A stretch of DNA of 36,522 nucleotides from Pseudomonadota bacterium (GTDB lineage Bacteria; Pseudomonadota; Gammaproteobacteria; Burkholderiales; Burkholderiaceae_D), in NCBI GenBank assembly GCA_041176585.1, contig JBEDCU010000166.1, positions 1 through 36,522 on the forward strand, in the 5' to 3' direction. Each line of letters begins with the position of its first letter. The first letter of the stretch is position 1. The notes beneath the pieces were generated by a model. That model was not told the origin of the DNA. It was given only the letters and a program-made list of their open reading frames with translations, and did no database searches. The position numbers and the translations under genes are program-made. Shown in pieces: positions 9,004-17,668 of this stretch.

Positions 9004-9318
9004 ATGGCAACTAGGGAAGATAATGGCACTGTCCTTGTACGCAAGGAGCAGAAGCAGGCGGTAAAACCGCCACCGATGTATCAGGTTTTACTGATGAATG
9101 ATGACTACACGCCTATGGAGTTTGTGGTGGCTGTCATTCAGGAGTATTTCAATAAGGACCGCGAGACCGCGACGCACATCATGCTCAAAGTGCACCGTGA
9201 TGGAAGAGGGTTATGTGGTGTTTATCCTAAAGATATCGCCAGTACCAAAGTAGAGCTTGTATTAACCCACGCTAGAAAAGCAGGACACCCCTTGCAGTGC
9301 GTGATGGAGGAAGCATGA
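9004..9318 (+). CDS. clpS: ATP-dependent Clp protease adaptor ClpS
   Basis: [21 protein letters not shown]...MLKVH...HPLQC. Confidence 0.97.
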   Translation: MATREDNGTVLVRKEQKQAVKPPPMYQVLLMNDDYTPMEFVVAVIQEYFNKDRETATHIMLKVHRDGRGLCGVYPKDIASTKVELVLTHARKAGHPLQCVMEEA

Positions 9319-11615
9319 TTGCCCAGGAACTTGAAGTTAGTTTACATATGGCTTTTGTCGAAGCGCGACAAGCACGACATGAGTTCATTACCGTTGAGCA
9401 TTTGCTATTAGCACTGCTCGACAATCCCTCTGCTGCTGAGGTCATGCGCGCATGCGCTGTGAATATCGATGATATTCGCAAGACCTTAACAAATTTCATT
9501 AGCGATAACACACCGACTGTTCCTGGTGCGAGTGAAGTCGATACCCAACCAACGCTAGGCTTTCAGCGTGTGATCCAACGAGCGATCATGCATGTACAGT
9601 CAGCCTCAAATGGCAAAAAAGAAGTGACGGGTGCAAATGTACTTGTCGCTATTTTTGGCGAAAAAGATTCCCATGCTGTGTACTACTTGCATCAGCAAGG
9701 TGTGACACGTTTAGATGTAGTGAACTTCATTTCTCACGGCGTGCGTAAAGATAATCAATCTGAACCGCAAAAAGCAGTGGATGGTGCAGAAGAAGCACAA
9801 GCCGAAGTACCGCAAAAAGAAAGTGCACTCGATCAGTTTACGCAAAATCTTAACAAACTTGCTGCTGAAGGTAAGATCGATCCATTGATTGGTCGTGAAG
9901 CAGAAGTTGAGCGTGTCATTCAAACTTTGTGCCGTAGACGTAAAAATAATCCTTTGTTAGTTGGTGAAGCTGGTGTGGGTAAAACAGCAATCGCAGAAGG
10001 CTTAGCTTGGCGTGTAACGCAGGGCGATGTACCTGAAATTTTACAAAACGCAGTGGTGTATTCATTGGACATGGGTGCGTTATTAGCGGGTACTAAATAT
10101 CGCGGTGATTTTGAGCAGCGTTTGAAAGCTGTTTTAAAGCAGCTAAAAGAAAATCCAAATGGTGTTTTATTTATTGATGAGATACACACCATTATTGGTG
10201 CTGGATCGGCATCCGGTGGAACATTGGATGCATCAAATTTATTGAAGCCTGCTCTTTCCAGCGGTCAGCTGAAATGTATAGGTGCGACAACTTTTAATGA
10301 ATACCGTGGCGTGTTCGAAAAAGATCATGCGCTTTCACGTAGATTCCAGAAGATTGATGTCAATGAACCTAGCGTTGAACAGACTGTGCAAATTCTGCGT
10401 GGTTTGAAATCACGTTTTGAAGAACATCATGGTGTGAAATATTCTGCTTCTGCACTGACTTCAGCTGCTGAGTTGTCCGCACGTTTTATTAATGACAGAC
10501 ATTTGCCAGACAAAGCGATTGATGTGATTGATGAAGCTGGTGCAGCACAGCGCATCTTGCCTAAGTCTAAGCAAAAGAAAACTATAGGCAAGTTAGAAAT
10601 AGAAGAAATCATTTCTAAAATCGCGCGTATTCCGCCGCAATCCATCTCACAAGATGATCGCAGCAAGTTGCAAACTATAGAACGTGATTTGAAAAACGTG
10701 GTGTTTGGTCAAGAGCCAGCAATTGAAGCGTTGGCCTCTGCAATCAAGATGGCACGTGCTGGTTTAGGTAAAACTGATAAACCGATTGGATCTTTCTTGT
10801 TCTCTGGCCCAACAGGTGTGGGTAAGACCGAGGTTGCAAAACAACTGTCCTTCATCATGGGCATAGAGTTGATTCGCTTTGATATGTCGGAATACATGGA
10901 GCGTCATGCAGTCAGCCGTTTAATTGGCGCGCCTCCAGGCTATGTGGGATTTGATCAAGGCGGATTGCTTACAGAAGCCATTACGAAGAAGCCGCACTCA
11001 GTATTGTTATTGGATGAAATTGAAAAAGCGCATCCTGATATTTTCAATATTCTTTTGCAAGTGATGGATCATGGCACGCTGACAGACAACAACGGTCGCA
11101 AAGCTGATTTCCGCAATGTGATTATTGTCATGACCACAAATGCTGGCGCAGAAAGTTTGCAAAAGCGTTCTATGGGCTTCACGGAATCTAAGCAAGCTGG
11201 TGATGAAATGGCTGACATCAAGCGCATGTTCACACCTGAATTCCGTAACCGACTTGATTCCATCATTAGCTTTAAAGCATTGGATGAAGACATCATTCTG
11301 CGTGTGGTTGATAAATTCCTCATGCAGCTTGAAGAGCAATTACATGAGAAAAAAGTGGAAGCTGTCTTCACTGAGGATTTACGTAAATTCCTTGCTAAGA
11401 AAGGCTTTGACCCACTCATGGGAGCCCGTCCTATGTCACGTCTGATACAAGACATGATACGTAAGGGCTTAGCAGATGAACTCTTGTTTGGTAAGTTAGT
11501 ATCAGGTGGTCGTGTGACAGTTGATATTGACGATAAAGACGAGATCAAACTGGCGTTTAGCGAAGGTGATGCACCGCCAGCAGCCCCACCTCAAGAAGCA
11601 GCTGAAGTCGAATAA
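9315..11615 (+). CDS. clpA: ATP-dependent Clp protease ATP-binding subunit ClpA
   Basis: [40 protein letters not shown]; ATGA overlap with the clpS stop, GGAGG ribosome-binding site. Confidence 0.97.
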   Translation: MIAQELEVSLHMAFVEARQARHEFITVEHLLLALLDNPSAAEVMRACAVNIDDIRKTLTNFISDNTPTVPGASEVDTQPTLGFQRVIQRAIMHVQSASNGKKEVTGANVLVAIFGEKDSHAVYYLHQQGVTRLDVVNFISHGVRKDNQSEPQKAVDGAEEAQAEVPQKESALDQFTQNLNKLAAEGKIDPLIGREAEVERVIQTLCRRRKNNPLLVGEAGVGKTAIAEGLAWRVTQGDVPEILQNAVVYSLDMGALLAGTKYRGDFEQRLKAVLKQLKENPNGVLFIDEIHTIIGAGSASGGTLDASNLLKPALSSGQLKCIGATTFNEYRGVFEKDHALSRRFQKIDVNEPSVEQTVQILRGLKSRFEEHHGVKYSASALTSAAELSARFINDRHLPDKAIDVIDEAGAAQRILPKSKQKKTIGKLEIEEIISKIARIPPQSISQDDRSKLQTIERDLKNVVFGQEPAIEALASAIKMARAGLGKTDKPIGSFLFSGPTGVGKTEVAKQLSFIMGIELIRFDMSEYMERHAVSRLIGAPPGYVGFDQGGLLTEAITKKPHSVLLLDEIEKAHPDIFNILLQVMDHGTLTDNNGRKADFRNVIIVMTTNAGAESLQKRSMGFTESKQAGDEMADIKRMFTPEFRNRLDSIISFKALDEDIILRVVDKFLMQLEEQLHEKKVEAVFTEDLRKFLAKKGFDPLMGARPMSRLIQDMIRKGLADELLFGKLVSGGRVTVDIDDKDEIKLAFSEGDAPPAAPPQEAAEVE

Positions 11616-11629
11616 GCTGCTCTTCAAGT

Positions 11630-11668
11630 AAAAAACCCAGCCACTGTTAAGGTGCGCTGGGTTTTTTT
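11630..11668. terminator. Bidirectional intrinsic terminator between clpA and the MXKDX gene
   Basis: A6-CCCAGC...GCTGGG-T7. Confidence 0.85.
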
Positions 11669-11712
11669 ATGTGTGATGATTATTTGAGAGTAAATGTAGT
11701 TGCTCTAATTGA

Positions 11713-11961
11713 TCACTTGGACATATCGTCCTTTTTCATTTCATCTTTTTTCATATTATCTTTAGACATGTTGTCTTTTTTCATTTCATCTTTCTTCATA
11801 CTATCTTTTTTCATGTGGTCCTTTTTCATTGCATCTTTAGACATAGCATCCTTAGACATTGAATCTTTTTTCATGCTGTCTTTGGACATGTCGTCTGCAT
11901 AGGCGGACATAGTTACAGCTGAAATTAAGAGAGTTGCCAACAAAGTCGAAATTTTTTTCAT
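11713..11961 (-). CDS. Secreted pentapeptide MXKDX repeat protein (methionine-rich, MrpX-like)
   Basis: Sec signal peptide ending AYA, then 11 full M(S/K)KD(X) repeats plus MSK; AAGGAG ribosome-binding site. Confidence 0.9.
   Translation of the reverse strand: MKKISTLLATLLISAVTMSAYADDMSKDSMKKDSMSKDAMSKDAMKKDHMKKDSMKKDEMKKDNMSKDNMKKDEMKKDDMSK
11716..11889 (-). repeat. 15-bp coding tandem repeat encoding MxKDx
   Basis: About 12 degenerate 15-bp units, each starting with ATG on the minus strand. Confidence 0.9.
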
Positions 11962-12018
11962 TTAAAGCTCCTTAAGTAAAATTAATAGCAGTACATTGCT
12001 TTTTTGAGGGAATAAAAT

Positions 12019-12789
12019 TTAACTTCCACCAAACCAGTTATAACCTTGGTCTTCCCAATATCCGCCAGGATTGACATTGGTTACAAAAATCTCTTGAATA
12101 TATTTTGGGTTTTTGTATCCCAGTTTTGTTGGAATTCTGAGTTTCATGGGGTAACCATATTTAGGTTGTAAAACTTCATCTGCATAAGTTAGCGTTAACA
12201 AAGTTTGGGCATGCATCGCGGTTGGCATATCTATACTGGTGTAGTAATCATCATGACATCGAAAACCTACAAAGCTAGCGTTAGTGTCTGCACCAATACG
12301 TTTTAGAAAATCACTAAACCGCACGCCACCCCACTTACCAATAGCGCTCCAACCTTCCACACAAATATGCCGCGTAATTTGGCTGATTTGAGTCATGGCA
12401 TGCAGTTCGGCTAGAGTCCAATCTTTTTTATCTTGTACTAATCCTGAAACTTTTAACTTGAAATCCTCAGGGCTGGGACGAATCTCATCTTCACCATAAT
12501 AAGCATTAAACGGGAATGGATTAGTTAACATATCCTCTGAATAAGTTGGCGCCATTTTATTCGGATCAAATAACCAATCTTGTACACGATCATTAAAGTG
12601 CGACATCACCATAAGCGCTTTTTCAATCGAATCTTCATTGGTTAATGTGCAGCCACTTAACATTGCGATAGCACCAAGACTCAAAGCTTTTTTACCAAAT
12701 AAACGTCGAGTGGGTGCGTCACACTCCTTATAAATATCTTTGATTATTTCTTTTTCATGGCGAATAAAAATTGTAGTGTTATTAGCCAT
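12019..12789 (-). CDS. Sulfite-oxidase-family molybdopterin oxidoreductase (MsrP/YedY-like), Tat lipoprotein
   Basis: TRRLF twin-arginine motif plus LSGC lipobox; Mo-ligand cysteine in RHICVEGWS; YGYPMKLRIPTKLGYKNPKYI; GYWEDQGY. Confidence 0.88.
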   Translation of the reverse strand: MANNTTIFIRHEKEIIKDIYKECDAPTRRLFGKKALSLGAIAMLSGCTLTNEDSIEKALMVMSHFNDRVQDWLFDPNKMAPTYSEDMLTNPFPFNAYYGEDEIRPSPEDFKLKVSGLVQDKKDWTLAELHAMTQISQITRHICVEGWSAIGKWGGVRFSDFLKRIGADTNASFVGFRCHDDYYTSIDMPTAMHAQTLLTLTYADEVLQPKYGYPMKLRIPTKLGYKNPKYIQEIFVTNVNPGGYWEDQGYNWFGGS

Positions 12790-12790
12790 A

Positions 12791-13390
12791 TCATTTTCCT
12801 CGAATCATGATGAGTAATGTCTTAGGCACCAAAGCTACCATCACTAAATGGACGACACAAAAAAATACTGCATAAACCATCGCAAAAAAATGAATAATGC
12901 GTGCATTATCAAAATCACCCATCAATTCGCGTAGCAGAGGAAACTGAACCGGCTTCCAAATCACCAAGCCTGACATGACTAAAATAACGATATCTATCAT
13001 TATGGATAGATAAGCTAATTTTTGAATGGTGTTGTATTGACTTAAATCATCATGCGAGAGCTTGCCTTTTATAGTGGCGAGCACATCCTGAAAGAATTCT
13101 TTTGGTTTGATGGGGAAAAATTTCTTCCTCATCCTACCTGTTGCGAAGTTCAATATGAGATATATCAAACCATTGGCAACTAAGAGCCACATAAATGCAA
13201 AATGCCAAAGGAGTGCGCCACCTAGCCATCCGCCTAGGGTGAAAGCTTTAGGAATCAAGAAATCAAAAATAGGTGAGGCGTTATAAATTTTTAACCCACT
13301 CATGATCATGATCAACACAGCAATAGCATTGAGCCAGTGTGTCATCCTTACAAAGAATGGTGCAATTGAGGTTTGAATTAGCTTGTTCAT
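12791..13390 (-). CDS. Di-heme cytochrome b membrane subunit (Ni/Fe-hydrogenase/FdnI-type cytochrome b family)
   Basis: VRMTHWLNA..MSGLKIYNA, WHFAFMW, YNTIQKLAY, ARIIHFF...HL; four TM helices with His ligands. Start placed at ATG 13390. Confidence 0.85.
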   Translation of the reverse strand: MNKLIQTSIAPFFVRMTHWLNAIAVLIMIMSGLKIYNASPIFDFLIPKAFTLGGWLGGALLWHFAFMWLLVANGLIYLILNFATGRMRKKFFPIKPKEFFQDVLATIKGKLSHDDLSQYNTIQKLAYLSIMIDIVILVMSGLVIWKPVQFPLLRELMGDFDNARIIHFFAMVYAVFFCVVHLVMVALVPKTLLIMIRGK

Positions 13391-13450
13391 GCACGCATCA
13401 TATGAAATGATCGCTCTCAATTGATCTCAAATTTTATACAATTCATCCCA

Positions 13451-14281
13451 ATGGATAAGCTTTCCTCTCTCTTGAGAAATTTTGAAATTACAACCAAGGT
13501 TTTTGGTTATGGCACTCTTTGTGGAGAATCTGAGTTTGATATTCAACCTGGCTTAGGCCATATTCACATCATCAAAAGAGCGCCCCTAGAGATTATTTTT
13601 AAAGATAGAAAATCGATGTTTATTGACGATCCATCGGTCATTTTTTTCCCTAAACCGACTGCACATGCTTTTAAGTCTCTTAAGGATCATGGTGCAGATA
13701 TGGTCTGCGCTACCGTTTCTATAGGAAATGGAATTCAAAATCCCTTATCTATGGGGTTGCCTGAAGTTTTAGTTATCCCAATTTCACAGCTAACAGATTT
13801 TGAGAAGATTTTTGATTTGCTTTATCAAGAGGCATTTGATGATAGATGTGGAAAACAGCAAGCTATTGATCATTTAATGGACTATTTGATAGTACGTATA
13901 TATCGATTCGCCATTCAAGAAAATTTAATTACCTCTAGCGCAATAGCTGGCTTGTCAGATCCAAAAATTGCTAAAGCTGTTGAAGCGATTCATCGCAACC
14001 CGGGTCATAGTTGGTGTCTAGACACTTTGGCTTGCGAAGCAGGTATGTCTAGGGCTAGGTTTGCTGAGTATTTTAAGGAAAGAGTTGGTATTGCCCCCAT
14101 TAACTACTTAACTGAGTTAAGAATTAATGTGGCAATGCGTCGTCTGCAGCAAGGAAAGTCTATTAAGTCGTTATATGGTGAATTAGGTTATTCATCGGCA
14201 TCATCATTTACAAGAGTTTTCCTGCAAAAGATTGGTATGAGTCCTAAAGCGTGGCTTGCAAATAATTCTATCCCTGATTAA
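13451..14281 (+). CDS. AraC family regulator with N-terminal cupin domain (RclR-like)
   Basis: MDKLSSLL start, Cys24 (GTLCG), Cys86 (DMVCA), LPEVL, DPKIAKAVEAIHRNPGHSW..LA..AGMSRARFA, LGYSSASSFTRVF. Confidence 0.88.
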   Translation: MDKLSSLLRNFEITTKVFGYGTLCGESEFDIQPGLGHIHIIKRAPLEIIFKDRKSMFIDDPSVIFFPKPTAHAFKSLKDHGADMVCATVSIGNGIQNPLSMGLPEVLVIPISQLTDFEKIFDLLYQEAFDDRCGKQQAIDHLMDYLIVRIYRFAIQENLITSSAIAGLSDPKIAKAVEAIHRNPGHSWCLDTLACEAGMSRARFAEYFKERVGIAPINYLTELRINVAMRRLQQGKSIKSLYGELGYSSASSFTRVFLQKIGMSPKAWLANNSIPD

Positions 14282-14296
14282 AAAAAGAATAGTTAA

Positions 14297-15391
14297 TTAA
14301 GGCGCTGTAGATTTTCCACTTGCTGGTTTTTGTTTGATCTGCACAATAATATCTTGCATCAGTCTTAGTCGTTCACTAGTAAGCGGATGTGCTGCTGTAT
14401 ATTTTTCATTATTCTTGATTGCAGCTAATTTTTGTAGAGTGAGAGGAAGCTGTTCAGCGTCATATCCTGCTCTCACTAACATGGCAATTGCTACGCGATC
14501 TGCAGCTTGATCGAGATTGGCAGGCATGACTTTTTGATCTTTAATTACTGTATCGCCTACATTATTTCGCAATACTGGAATTAATCCATCGATTGCTTGC
14601 GCTGCATTAGCAGTCATCTGCAATGAGGCAGTATGTTTAAGTGCACCATGCGCTATTTCGCGGGCAATGATGGTGGCTAGGTCTGTATCAGAGGAAAAGG
14701 CTTCCAGCATGCCACGCGTAATAAGTATGCGTCGCCCATCATTAAAAGCGTGGATCACATCACTATTACCAAGTTCTAAATTAAATGCGCAGGCTAAGGT
14801 GAGTGGAATATTGAAGTTATAAATTTGCTTGTTACGTTCAACAGAGATGGGTAAGTTAGCGCTATGCGACATTAGCGTACTTAAGAGTTTTGCAGTTTCT
14901 GTTTCTGCATTGATGCCAGTTGGGATAGTTTGATTTTGCACTTTAAGAAAAATATCGCCACGCCTTATACCTGCTCGTTCAGCGCCTCCACCTTCTAAAA
15001 TACTTACGACTCGCAGGCGATCATCTAATTTAAAAAGTTTGTTTGCGGTCGGAGCAAGTTCGGAAGAATAGGAATATTGATTTTTTGCTGTAAATCCCAT
15101 GATGTTGCGCGTAGCAGATTTACATATGGGCGCATTTTTCACAAGCAGAGGAGCGGCGATACGATAGAGCTTTTCTTGATTTGCAACGTAGCGAGTCAAT
15201 TCATCTTCTTGATTGTTAGAGGTATGGCGCTCAAGCTGCAGCATGCTGCTAGAGCAAGCCTGTAAAAGGCTGCAAAAAAATCCAAGAAAAATTATTTTTA
15301 AGTGATGAGATTGAGGCGCACAAAAAAATCGCTGTGGGATATTTTCTTTTGTAGCGATGATGTTATGCATTACTGTTGAAAAGCTATGCAT
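14297..15391 (-). CDS. M48-family/PDZ lipoprotein with a degenerate zinc motif
   Basis: LLQAC lipobox; PDZ segment GGGAERAGIRRGDIFLKV; M48-like HAFNDGRRILITRGML...LATIIAREIAH...AADR...AGYD...HP..ERL; AAGGA precedes ATG 15391. Confidence 0.78.
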   Translation of the reverse strand: MHSFSTVMHNIIATKENIPQRFFCAPQSHHLKIIFLGFFCSLLQACSSSMLQLERHTSNNQEDELTRYVANQEKLYRIAAPLLVKNAPICKSATRNIMGFTAKNQYSYSSELAPTANKLFKLDDRLRVVSILEGGGAERAGIRRGDIFLKVQNQTIPTGINAETETAKLLSTLMSHSANLPISVERNKQIYNFNIPLTLACAFNLELGNSDVIHAFNDGRRILITRGMLEAFSSDTDLATIIAREIAHGALKHTASLQMTANAAQAIDGLIPVLRNNVGDTVIKDQKVMPANLDQAADRVAIAMLVRAGYDAEQLPLTLQKLAAIKNNEKYTAAHPLTSERLRLMQDIIVQIKQKPASGKSTAP

Positions 15392-15419
15392 AGTTGATCC
15401 TTCGCTTAGGATCATGGCT

Positions 15420-15869
15420 TTATTTTTTTCCAGTACTACCAAAGCCACCGGCGCCTCGTGAGCTGGAATCAAATTCATCCACCACATTAAATCCAACTTG
15501 CAATACAGGCACGATAACTAATTGCGCCAATCTATCCATAGGTTTGAGTACAAATTCAGTATTGCCGCGATTCCATGTGGAGACCATTAATTCGCCTTGA
15601 TAATCTGAATCAATTAAGCCAACTAAATTGCCTAGTACGATGCCATGTTTATGACCCAAGCCACTGCGCGGCAAAATCATTGCAGCATAAGCGGGATCAG
15701 CTAAATGAATAGCAAGACCAGTTGGTATGAGATGCGTAGTGCCAGGTTGTATATGCAAGGGTTCATTGATACAAGCACGTAAATCTAAACCGGCACTACC
15801 TGCAGTTGCATAAGCAGGTAACTGATCTTTCATACGTGGGTCAAGAATTTTAATGTCTATAGTTTTCAT
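15420..15869 (-). CDS. dut: dUTP diphosphatase
   Basis: [33 protein letters not shown]. Confidence 0.98.
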   Translation of the reverse strand: MKTIDIKILDPRMKDQLPAYATAGSAGLDLRACINEPLHIQPGTTHLIPTGLAIHLADPAYAAMILPRSGLGHKHGIVLGNLVGLIDSDYQGELMVSTWNRGNTEFVLKPMDRLAQLVIVPVLQVGFNVVDEFDSSSRGAGGFGSTGKK

Positions 15870-15918
15870 CTTATGCTTCTTCTTTTTTAAACAGGAAGTT
15901 GATTAAACAAATACAGTC

Positions 15919-17106
15919 CTACAGTCTGCGTGCAATTTCAGCTATGAGTTGTTGAGCAAGCGTGTCTTTATCGGCGCGTCCTAATGCATGATGGCCTTGC
16001 GCATCAAACAGCACGAGTTCATTCTCATCTTTACCAAAAGTTTGTGGTCCTATATTTCCCACTAATAGTGGTATGCCTTTTTTCTCGCGTTTGGCGTGAC
16101 CATATTCCAGTAGATTCTCAGATTCTGCAGCGAATCCTACACAATAAGGCGGTTTAGGTAGTGCTGCTACTGCGGCTAAGATATCGGGGTTTTGTTCAAA
16201 CTGTAGTTCAGGTGAAGCCCCATTTTGTTTTTTAATTTTTTGCTGACTCACTTCACTCACACGCCAGTCAGCAACAGCAGCAACAGCAATGAAAATATCT
16301 TGATGTGCGATATTTGCCATCACAGCGTCAAACATATCACGTGCTGTAATGACAGACACCATCTTGATACCAAAGGGTGCAGGTAGAGCAGTGGGGCCAC
16401 TCACTAAAGTCACTTCAGCGCCAGCTGCATGTGCTGCACGTGCTAAGGCATACCCCATTTTGCCAGATGAGAGATTGGTAATGCCACGAACAGGATCAAT
16501 CGGTTCAAAGGTGGGGCCTGCTGTAATTAATACTTTTTTAGCTTGAAATAATTTAGGCTGAAAAAATGCAAACAACATTTCCAGTAGTTGTTCAGGCTCT
16601 AGCATACGACCTAGTCCTGTTTCACCACATGCTTGTTCACCCGCAGCAGGGCCACATAAGGTCACACCATCTTGCTTAAGTTGGTCTACATTGCGTTGCG
16701 TAGCAGGGTTCTGCCACATTTCTACATTCATAGCTGGTGCTACTAGCAAAGGCACTGTGCTAGGGCGTGCAAGACAGAGAGTGGAGAGTAAATCATCAGC
16801 AGCACCATGCACGAGTTTGCGTATGAAATCGGCAGAGCAAGGGGCAATTAAAATCGCATCAGCATGTCGCGTGAGATCAATATGCGCCATGTTATTGCTG
16901 ATGCGGCTATCCCACTGATCGGTAAATACTGGCTTGCCAGTTAATGCCTGCATAGTCACAGGTGTAATGAAATGCCGTGCTGCTTCAGTCATGACAACTT
17001 GTACTGAAGCACCGGCTTTAATCAGCGCGCGTGCTAACTCCGCAGCTTTATAACAAGCGACGCCACCTGTGAGACCTAAGACGATGTGTTTACCGTTTAA
17101 ATGCAT
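15919..17106 (-). CDS. coaBC: Bifunctional phosphopantothenoylcysteine decarboxylase/synthetase
   Basis: [49 protein letters not shown]. Confidence 0.97.
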   Translation of the reverse strand: MHLNGKHIVLGLTGGVACYKAAELARALIKAGASVQVVMTEAARHFITPVTMQALTGKPVFTDQWDSRISNNMAHIDLTRHADAILIAPCSADFIRKLVHGAADDLLSTLCLARPSTVPLLVAPAMNVEMWQNPATQRNVDQLKQDGVTLCGPAAGEQACGETGLGRMLEPEQLLEMLFAFFQPKLFQAKKVLITAGPTFEPIDPVRGITNLSSGKMGYALARAAHAAGAEVTLVSGPTALPAPFGIKMVSVITARDMFDAVMANIAHQDIFIAVAAVADWRVSEVSQQKIKKQNGASPELQFEQNPDILAAVAALPKPPYCVGFAAESENLLEYGHAKREKKGIPLLVGNIGPQTFGKDENELVLFDAQGHHALGRADKDTLAQQLIAEIARRL

Positions 17107-17124
17107 ATATACGCCAGATAGGGT

Positions 17125-17640
17125 TTATCGCTTCACTCTGCGCAATTCATCCACCACAAATAATATAGCGCCTATGGTAATGGCACTATCAGCAACATTA
17201 AAGGCAGGCCAGTGCCAGTTATTGATGTGCAGGTCGATGAAATCAATCACATGGCCATAGGCGAGTCGGTCTATTAAGTTTCCGACTGCGCCACCTAAGA
17301 TTAGAGTTAAAGACCAACAAAATAATTTTTGCTCGGCATGGCGTCGTAAGAGCCAAATGATTAGTAGAGAAGCTGCAATGGAAATCGCTGCAAAGAAGTA
17401 ACGCTGCCATCCCGGTTGATCAGCTAAGAAACTAAATGCGGCACCTTTGTTATAAACCATCACCAGATTGAAATAAGCATTGATGACTTTAGTGGATTCA
17501 AATGCCAAAACTCTTTCGAAAGTAATTTTAGTCAGCTGGTCTAGTAGCATGATGATGGCAGCGATACCCAACCACATCATCAGTCGTGGTGAGCTTACGT
17601 TAAGACTGTTATCGCCACTATTCTTTTTAGCCATCATCAT
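17125..17640 (-). CDS. lspA: Lipoprotein signal peptidase II
   Basis: DQLTK, NKGAAFSFL, GAVGNLIDR, VIDFI, WPAFNVADSAI. Confidence 0.97.
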   Translation of the reverse strand: MMMAKKNSGDNSLNVSSPRLMMWLGIAAIIMLLDQLTKITFERVLAFESTKVINAYFNLVMVYNKGAAFSFLADQPGWQRYFFAAISIAASLLIIWLLRRHAEQKLFCWSLTLILGGAVGNLIDRLAYGHVIDFIDLHINNWHWPAFNVADSAITIGAILFVVDELRRVKR

Positions 17641-17668
17641 TCCAAAGAAATAAAAATGTTAAACAGCG

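Noticed and set aside
9272-11548. Multiple antisense and alternate-frame ORFs inside clpA (similar ones occur in uup, murJ, coaBC, tkt, gap and yhdP)
   Set aside because: Typical codon-bias shadows of conserved genes, with no independent evidence.
11669-11902. 77-aa plus-strand ORF with SFFIL-like repeats
   Set aside because: It is the antisense shadow of the MXKDX repeat gene, which has the signal peptide and ribosome-binding site.
11669-14296. The redox module as a mobile element
   Set aside because: It looks accessory and AT-rich, but I found no transposase, integrase, terminal repeats or target-site duplication.
15392-15496. Overlap of the M48 ORF with the dut 3' end
   Set aside because: Artefact of longest-ORF calling; ATG 15391 has a ribosome-binding site.
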